Assembly (NCBI GenBank): GCA_046290225.1
Contig: JBKAGE010000034.1
Coordinates: forward strand, 480,001-544,000
DNA length: 64,000 nucleotides
DNA from: Bradymonadia bacterium
GTDB lineage: Bacteria > Myxococcota_A > Bradymonadia > UBA7976 > UBA1532
Direction: 5' to 3'
The position numbers and the translations under genes were made by a program. Position 1 is the stretch's first letter, and each line of letters opens with the position of its first letter. Below, piece by piece: positions 57,708-64,000 of this stretch. The notes beneath the pieces were generated by a model, which worked only from the letters and a program-made list of their open reading frames with translations, had not been told where the DNA came from and made no database searches.

Positions 57708-58830
57708 GACGGCGGCCGCGCCACACCACGCTGCGGCTGCGCAACGCCTTGAGAAAGCTCGCCGTGAGGGCCAGCTCTGACAGCGCCACGTCCATGGGCC
57801 AGCACCATGGCTGAAGTGGCCGCCGCGCAAAGCGTCGCGCGGCGGCGGCCACGGCGAGCCGGTTGAGTGCCAGAACACTCCACGCGGTCAAAGCGACGCT
57901 CGGCGCAGCAGAGGCGCCGAGGGCCAGAAGCACAGTCACTGGCCACAACGGAAAAAAGAACAGTGGATAGGTGATCAACAGCGCAGGCCGCTGGGCCCGG
58001 ATGACCGTGAGCCAGCGGCTGTAGCGGCCGATGATCCCCTTCAGCGTGCGGCCGTGGGTCACCGCCGGCACCACCTCGGTGGAGGGCGACACAGACAGCC
58101 CCGCCGCCTGCACCCGGCGAGACAGCTCCATGTCCTCGCCGAGATAGTCCACCAGGGGCGCGAAGCCTTCGAGGGCCTGCACCGCCGCTGGCGACAGCGC
58201 AAAGAGCTTGCCCACCAACCCCTGCGGATCGATGGCACTCAACAACGGGAAGGCGTGCAGAGAGGCACCGAGCCAGGCCTGAGAGGCGCGATCACCCCAA
58301 GAGTTCACCGGCCCGCGCTCTGCGGGTGGCATCCAAGCCACCCCATCACCGGCGAGTCGTCGCAGGCCTTCGAGATCCACCCCAGTGAGATCGACGTCGC
58401 TGTCTGCGGAGAGCACCCAACAAGGGGCATCCAGTCTGGCGATGGCCTGAGCGATTTGAGCGGCTTTGTGATTGGGCGCCTCACCCACATCCACCACCCA
58501 GACCTGAGCGTCCATCCCCTGCCCTCGCAGATCGGCGCAGACCTGCTCGGCGATGGGCCGGGCGGCGTCTTCGGGATCGGCGACGGTGACACGATAGATC
58601 AGCGGGCCGCTCACCTCGGCGGCCCCTGCAGAGGCGAGCGTGTGCGAGAGCCAGATCTCTGAGCCGGCACAGGGCCTCAGCAACACCATGGGGGTCTGGG
58701 GATCCACGATGGGCTGTGATGCAGGGCGTCGCGCCATGGCCCACCGACGCGTTATGGCCACCGAGGCCACCACGAAGGCCCCAAAGCCCCAGAGCACACC
58801 GAGGGCCAGAGGCACCCAGAGAAGGCTCAC
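57649..58830 (-). CDS. GT2/GT21-like glycosyltransferase, probably a carotenoid glucosyltransferase
   Basis: LLRP, PNHK, DSD, LGED and RYSRW. GTG 58830 overlaps the crtC stop. Confidence 0.78.
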   Translation of the reverse strand: MSLLWVPLALGVLWGFGAFVVASVAITRRWAMARRPASQPIVDPQTPMVLLRPCAGSEIWLSHTLASAGAAEVSGPLIYRVTVADPEDAARPIAEQVCADLRGQGMDAQVWVVDVGEAPNHKAAQIAQAIARLDAPCWVLSADSDVDLTGVDLEGLRRLAGDGVAWMPPAERGPVNSWGDRASQAWLGASLHAFPLLSAIDPQGLVGKLFALSPAAVQALEGFAPLVDYLGEDMELSRRVQAAGLSVSPSTEVVPAVTHGRTLKGIIGRYSRWLTVIRAQRPALLITYPLFFFPLWPVTVLLALGASAAPSVALTAWSVLALNRLAVAAAARRFARRPLQPWCWPMDVALSELALTASFLKALRSRSVVWRGRRLRIDPSGRLWPDPSTSGAP

Positions 58831-59894
58831 GAGCGCTCTCGACGCATGCGGAATGGCAGCAGAAAGCGCACCCAGCCGCGATCGAAGCGATCGAGGTCGA
58901 GGGACTCGTGGACGGCTTTCACTGGGCTGCCCGCCCAGGTGTTGGCCACCAGAGAGCGGCAATAGAACGGGGTGTCCTCGAGGCTGCGGATGAGCTTCGC
59001 CGGGGCCCCCTCTGGATGACGGGCGGCGCGCTTCACCCCCCACCCTCCGGTCTTGAGCGCCGCCACCGGCCACCGCGCCTCGGGATCTACAGGGATCATC
59101 TCGCCCTCGGGGGTGAAGCGGTGGGCCCACCTCAGAGTGGACCCGTCACGTCGATCTGCGTCGTAGAAGACCACCGCCCCCTGCCCCGGGATCTCCGCCC
59201 GGGACCAGTCCCACCGCACGAAGCCGCGCTCCAGGGGCTCGCTGCCCTGGTTGCTGTCGTGATAGGCCGCGCCAGAGAAACGGACCGACGGCTGGTCGAG
59301 TTGCACCTCGGCCCGGGCGTTGGGGGCGATGGGCCACCATCGATGGCGCCCGTTGGCGTCGAGGTGCACTTCGGGGCCGAAGATCACACCAGGATCGAGG
59401 GTGATGGTGCCCGCCATGCGCTGGCCAAAGGGGGCAGCCTTCTCCTCGAAGCGCACGTGCAGGCGCCCCTCGGACCATGTCAGGGTGGTCCCACCGAGGG
59501 TGTAGCTGTCGGGGCTGCGCTCCAGGCGGTCGGCGCGACCCTCGGTCATCACCCAGAGCTTCTTGCGCCCAGGCCCGTAGAGCACCACGTTCATCGCCGG
59601 GAACTTCAGCGGATCTACGCCAGCGCCCTGCTTGCGGGCCCTGGCGTAGAACGGCGAGAACACGCTGCCTACGAAGGCGATGAGCACCAGGCTGTAGCGG
59701 CCGTCGTCGCTGGTGACGTCGAGGTACCACCAGACATAGCCGTCGGGATCTACCCTGACGTCGAAGGGGGGGCCAGGGCGAGATCGGCGGCGATCTTCTC
59801 CGCCGCCAGCATCCCCCCCAGGGCCACCATGGGCACCCCCGCCCCCGGGTGCGCGTATCCCCCCGTCAGGTAGAGCCCCGGCACCTTGCTCCAC
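58827..59894 (-). CDS. crtC: Carotenoid 1,2-hydratase (hydroxyneurosporene synthase)
   Basis: GYVWWYLD, AFVGSVFSPFY, HRWWPIAP, YHDSNQGSEPLE, WDWSR, LEDTPFY and HESLDL. Start unclear: the nearest GTG (59894) lies within crtD. Confidence 0.9.
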   Translation of the reverse strand: MEQGAGALPDGGIRAPGGGGAHGGPGGDAGGGEDRRRSRPGPPFDVRVDPDGYVWWYLDVTSDDGRYSLVLIAFVGSVFSPFYARARKQGAGVDPLKFPAMNVVLYGPGRKKLWVMTEGRADRLERSPDSYTLGGTTLTWSEGRLHVRFEEKAAPFGQRMAGTITLDPGVIFGPEVHLDANGRHRWWPIAPNARAEVQLDQPSVRFSGAAYHDSNQGSEPLERGFVRWDWSRAEIPGQGAVVFYDADRRDGSTLRWAHRFTPEGEMIPVDPEARWPVAALKTGGWGVKRAARHPEGAPAKLIRSLEDTPFYCRSLVANTWAGSPVKAVHESLDLDRFDRGWVRFLLPFRMRRERS

Positions 59895-61300
59895 GCCGGC
59901 GGCCTCAGGAACGACGTCTTCCACGAGTGAGACGCCAGTCCGTACAGCGCTCCCCCCGTGTGGGGGAACAGCGCCTCGAAGCCCCGGGGATCGGTCCTGA
60001 GGGTGCCCGGGCTCAGCTCGATCTCCAGGCCGCATCGGCTCAGCTGTTGGCGCATCTGGGTCTCGCATGCCTCGATCATCTCCTCGTACTGGGCCGGGGG
60101 AGCGTCCCCGTCTGGGGGCGCGTTCACCAGGATCAACATCCGCTCTGCCTCACCTGAGGCCACGGGGCGGGCCCCGCGATCCTGAGCGCAGATGTAGACC
60201 GTCGGGGACTGGGGGGTTCTACGACGGGTGAAGACGTCTTTGAACTCTTCAGGGTAGTCATCGCCAAAGCAGACGTTGTGACGCACCAGCGGCCAGCCCA
60301 CTGCGGGGCTCACCGTGGCCCAGGTCACCGCCGATTGTGATCGCAGCGCGCGATCGGGGGCCTTCACGGCCTTCCGGGTGGCCTCGCCGAAGGCCCCGGC
60401 GGCGAGGGCGCCGGCGTCGGCGTTGCACACCACCACATCTGCCTGCACCCGCTCTCCAGTGGCAAGGGTCACGCCCACGGCGCGGCCCTGCTCCACCTCG
60501 ATGGCGGCAACCTCTGCGTCGCACCGCACCTCGCCCCCATGGGCTTCGATGAGGGTCGCGAGGGCCTCGGCGAGGCGGTACATGCCCCCCTCGACGTACC
60601 AGACCCCCTCCATCTCCACGTGGGCGATGAGGTTGAGGGTGGCCGGCGCCTGAAAAGGCGACGACCCTGCGTAGGTGGCGTAGCGGGCGAAGAGCTGCCG
60701 CAAGCGCGGATCGGGGAAGAACTTGCCCAGGGCCTTCCAGACCGTGCGCATGCTGTCGATGCGGGTGAGCCCCGCGAGGCCTCTCACGCCCCGACCGGCC
60801 ATCACCGTGGTGAGGGTGGGCCGCTGCGCCCGTATGAAAGGCCCCTCCACCTCGGCATAGATGCGGGCGGCGTAATCGCAGAACGCGCTGAAGCCCGCGG
60901 CTGCCTTGGGGCCCGCCAGCTCTCCGATGGCCTCTCGTGAACGTTGTCGATCAGCGAAGAGGTCGAGGCGGCTGCCCTCGGGCCAGGCGTGTCGGGCGAG
61001 GATCTCAGCCTGCCTCACGGGTACGCGCTCATCGAAGCTGGCCCCGGCGCGCTCGAAGAGCTCGTCGAAGACCCAGCGCATGGTGAGCACCGTGGGGCCG
61101 GCATCGATGCCCTGTCCCTCTGCGATGGGCAGCCCGTCGGGGCCATGGGGCCTCAAGCGGCGCATCTTGCCCCCGGGGGCCTGCCCCCGCTCGAGCACGG
61201 TGACCTGCATGCCCGTACGGGCCAGCTCCAAGGCAGCGCTCAGACCGGAGATGCCGGCGCCGACGATCACAGCCCGTCGAATTTTTGTAGTTGTGTTCAT
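59750..61300 (-). CDS. crtD: 1-hydroxycarotenoid 3,4-desaturase
   Basis: GAGISG FAD motif, DAGPTVLTMRWVF, LARHAW, YATYAGSSPF and HPGAGVPM. Lies upstream of crtC. Confidence 0.9.
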   Translation of the reverse strand: MNTTTKIRRAVIVGAGISGLSAALELARTGMQVTVLERGQAPGGKMRRLRPHGPDGLPIAEGQGIDAGPTVLTMRWVFDELFERAGASFDERVPVRQAEILARHAWPEGSRLDLFADRQRSREAIGELAGPKAAAGFSAFCDYAARIYAEVEGPFIRAQRPTLTTVMAGRGVRGLAGLTRIDSMRTVWKALGKFFPDPRLRQLFARYATYAGSSPFQAPATLNLIAHVEMEGVWYVEGGMYRLAEALATLIEAHGGEVRCDAEVAAIEVEQGRAVGVTLATGERVQADVVVCNADAGALAAGAFGEATRKAVKAPDRALRSQSAVTWATVSPAVGWPLVRHNVCFGDDYPEEFKDVFTRRRTPQSPTVYICAQDRGARPVASGEAERMLILVNAPPDGDAPPAQYEEMIEACETQMRQQLSRCGLEIELSPGTLRTDPRGFEALFPHTGGALYGLASHSWKTSFLRPPAWSKVPGLYLTGGYAHPGAGVPMVALGGMLAAEKIAADLALAPPSTSG

Positions 61301-61365
61301 GCTGCTCAAAGGGATGATCCGACACCAGACAAGTTGCCCCAACCTCAGCGGAGAGAACACCCTCC

Positions 61366-62913
61366 ATGACCGAGCCAACCCCTGAACGCCCCACCCCCGT
61401 CCCCAACCGGGGCCGTGAGCAGGTCGAATTCGCCACCGTCGATCTCGGTTCGAACAGCTTCCACATGGTGGTGGCCCGGGAGACAGCCGGCGGTCTGGTG
61501 ATGGTGGACAAGCTCCGCGAGCGCGTGCAGCTCGGGGCGGGCCTCGACGCTCAGCGTCGCCTCACCGCTGAAGCTCAACGCAGGGCCCTGGCCTGCCTCG
61601 CCCGGTTTGGCCAGCGGCTCAAGCACCTGCCCCAGGATCACGTGCGGGTGGTGGGCACCAACACCCTGCGCCGCGCCAAAGACTCGGGCGAGTTCATCAA
61701 GGACGCAGAGAAGTCCCTGGGTCACCGGATCGAGATCATCAGCGGCCGGGAGGAGGCCCGCCTGATCTACCTCGGGGTGGTGAACAGCGAGACCACCGAC
61801 GCCCACCGGCGCCTCGTGGTGGACATCGGCGGCGGCAGCACCGAGTGCGTCATCGGCGAAGAAGAGCGGCCGACCCACTCCCACAGCCTGCACATGGGCT
61901 GCGTGACCTACAGCAAGCGCTTCTTCCCGGGGGGCGCCATCAACGCCGAGCGGTTCCACGAGGCAGAGATCGCCGCCCGCCTGGAGCTGCGCACCATTCA
62001 GGCGAGGTTCCGGGTCGCGGGCTGGCATCGAGCCTTCGGCAGCTCCGGCACCGCCACCGCCGTGGCCCAGGTGCTTCAGGAGCACGGCTGGCAGGGGCCC
62101 AACGGCGAGATGACCCCCGAGGGTCTCAACCGCTTCAAAGATCATCTCATCGAGCGGGGCCACACCAATCGCCTGCAAGACATCCCCGGCCTCAAGCCGG
62201 AGCGCGCCACGGTGATCTGTGGTGGCCTCGCGATCTTGATCGCGGTCTTCGAGGGCTTGCGCATCCAGCAAATGTGGCCCGCCTCCGGCGCCCTGCGAGA
62301 AGGTCTGCTCTACGATCTGCTCGGCCGCGTGCACCAGAAAGACGTGCGAGAGAACACCGTGGCGCGCATGATGGAGCGCTACCAGATCGACCTCGACCAG
62401 GCCGAGCGCGTCGAGGCCTCGACGTGGCAGCTGTTCGAAGGGGCCATGGACGCCTGGGACATCGACCCCGCCCGCATGTGGCCCTTCGTGCGGTGGGCGG
62501 CCCGCATGTATGAGATCGGCCTCTCGGTGGCGTACAGCGGTTATCACAAGCACGGCGCCTACCTGCTGGCCAACAGCGACATGCCGGGCTTCTCCAAGGA
62601 AGACCAGGCTCTGCTCGCCGCCTTCGTACGCACCCACCGCCGCAAGCTGATCGCCGAGCGGTTCGAAGGGGTATCCGAGGCAGAGATCCCCGTGGCCATT
62701 CGTGCCTGTGTCCTGCTCCGGCTGGGGGTCAGGCTCAACCGCAGCCGCAGCCCCGAAGCCCAGCCAGAGATCGAGATCTTCGCCGGGGCGCCGAACACTC
62801 TGAAGCTGAAGTTCCCCGAGGGCTGGCTCGACGATCACCCCCTCACTCGAGCCGATCTCGAGGGTGAGGTCGAGCAGCTCAACGCCAACGGTTTCGATCT
62901 TGAAGTGAGCTAG
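61366..62913 (+). CDS. ppx: Exopolyphosphatase (Ppx/GppA)
   Basis: DLGSNSFHM, ISGREEARLIY, DIGGGSTE and ALREG. Neighbour of ppk. Confidence 0.93.
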   Translation: MTEPTPERPTPVPNRGREQVEFATVDLGSNSFHMVVARETAGGLVMVDKLRERVQLGAGLDAQRRLTAEAQRRALACLARFGQRLKHLPQDHVRVVGTNTLRRAKDSGEFIKDAEKSLGHRIEIISGREEARLIYLGVVNSETTDAHRRLVVDIGGGSTECVIGEEERPTHSHSLHMGCVTYSKRFFPGGAINAERFHEAEIAARLELRTIQARFRVAGWHRAFGSSGTATAVAQVLQEHGWQGPNGEMTPEGLNRFKDHLIERGHTNRLQDIPGLKPERATVICGGLAILIAVFEGLRIQQMWPASGALREGLLYDLLGRVHQKDVRENTVARMMERYQIDLDQAERVEASTWQLFEGAMDAWDIDPARMWPFVRWAARMYEIGLSVAYSGYHKHGAYLLANSDMPGFSKEDQALLAAFVRTHRRKLIAERFEGVSEAEIPVAIRACVLLRLGVRLNRSRSPEAQPEIEIFAGAPNTLKLKFPEGWLDDHPLTRADLEGEVEQLNANGFDLEVS

Positions 62914-62940
62914 GCCCAGTCTAGGCCCAAAGCAGCCGCC

Positions 62941-63999
62941 TCAGCGGCTCAAGCCCATCAACCACACCTGAGCGGCGTGGGGCGGCGAGACCTGGCCCGT
63001 CACTCGGGTGACCTGTGTGTAGGTGCCATCGGGTTGGAGCAGCCAGGCTTGGGTGTCGTCCTTGAGATAGCTCAGCAAGCCCTCTTCTTTGATCCGGAGG
63101 AACAGCTCGGGATCCTCCACGGGGAAGCAGGCCTCCACCCGGCGGTGGAAGTTGCGCTCCATCCAGTCCGCAGAGGCGCAGTACACGACCTCGTCGCCGC
63201 CGTTCTCGAAATAGTACACCCGGGTGTGCTCCAGGAACCGGCCGACGATGGAGCGCACGCGAATGCGCTCGCTCAGTCCGGGCACGCCAGGGCGCAGGCA
63301 ACAGATGCCCCGGATGATGAGATCGATCTCCACCCCCGCCTGAGAGGCTTGATACAGCTGGGCGATGATGGCGGGCTCGGAGAGCGAGTTCATCTTGGCG
63401 ATGATGCGGGCCGGGCGCCCGGCTCTGGCGTGCTCCATCTCGCGGCGGATGTGCTCCACCATGGTCTTGTGCAGCCTGAAGGGGGCCTGGATCACCTTCT
63501 TGAAGGCGGTCAACCGGCCCAGGCCCGTGAGCTGCATGAACAGCTGGTGCACGTCGTGGCCCAAATCGGGATCCGCGGTCATGAGGCTGAAGTCGGTGTA
63601 GGCCTTGGCGGTGCCGGAGTGATAGTTCCCGGTGCCCAAGTGCACATATCGGCGCAGGCGGTTGCCCTCGCGGCGCACCACCAACAAGAGCTTGGCGTGG
63701 CACTTGTGCCCCACCACCCCGTACACCACGTTGGCGCCGGCCTCCTGCAGCTTGGTGGCGAGCCCGATGTTCGCCGCTTCGTCGAAGCGTGCCCGGAGCT
63801 CCACCACCGCGGTGACCTCCTTGCCCGAGCGGGCGGCCTCGATGAGGGCCTCCACGAGGGGGGACTTCTTCCCGGTGCGATAGAGCGTCTGCTTGATGGC
63901 CAGCACATCGGGATCTTGCGCCGCCTGTCGCACCATCTCCACCACAGGCGCGAAAGCGTCGAAGGGGTGGTGAAGCAACAAATCGTGCTTGCGCAGCGA
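62941..63999 (-). CDS. ppk: Polyphosphate kinase 1 (C-terminal part; runs off the window end)
   Basis: [39 protein letters not shown] and SADWMERN. Confidence 0.96.
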   Translation of the reverse strand, partial: SLRKHDLLLHHPFDAFAPVVEMVRQAAQDPDVLAIKQTLYRTGKKSPLVEALIEAARSGKEVTAVVELRARFDEAANIGLATKLQEAGANVVYGVVGHKCHAKLLLVVRREGNRLRRYVHLGTGNYHSGTAKAYTDFSLMTADPDLGHDVHQLFMQLTGLGRLTAFKKVIQAPFRLHKTMVEHIRREMEHARAGRPARIIAKMNSLSEPAIIAQLYQASQAGVEIDLIIRGICCLRPGVPGLSERIRVRSIVGRFLEHTRVYYFENGGDEVVYCASADWMERNFHRRVEACFPVEDPELFLRIKEEGLLSYLKDDTQAWLLQPDGTYTQVTRVTGQVSPPHAAQVWLMGLSR

Positions 64000-64000
64000 G

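Overview
GC-rich (roughly two-thirds G+C by eye) bacterial chromosomal segment. Gene content suggests Myxococcota or a related deltaproteobacterial lineage (inference): a PEGA Ser/Thr kinase, myxobacterial-type outer-membrane beta-barrels, a multi-domain DsbA and crtD/crtC with glycosyl- and acyltransferases. About 45 CDS are present, mostly housekeeping: proC, a Maf-YggS fusion, lexA, groES/EL, ftsY, smc, gdh, dksA-like, trmB, recJ, queA-tgt-yajC-secDF, ppx and ppk. I found no rRNA, tRNA, CRISPR array, transposase or prophage. The most interesting locus is 34930-39222. A secreted Cys-rich ORF ending in a CutF-like proline motif (IPESPPPRV*) lies upstream of a four-domain DsbA. A hand-predicted RNA helix starts 13 nt after the ORF's stop codon and covers the dsbA Shine-Dalgarno and AUG. 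This suggests a ribosome-stalling leader that senses periplasmic disulfide folding. Other oddities are the Maf-YggS fusion divergent from lexA with shared GTTCAG motifs, a catalytically degenerate CpaF/TadA-like ATPase, an MMPL protein lacking its proton-relay Asp residues, a Cys-rich insert in a MacB-like permease, a crtD/crtC overlap at a C7 run, and a 13-bp tandem repeat plus an extra gene inside the tgt-yajC operon. All annotations come from motif recognition by eye, with no database search.
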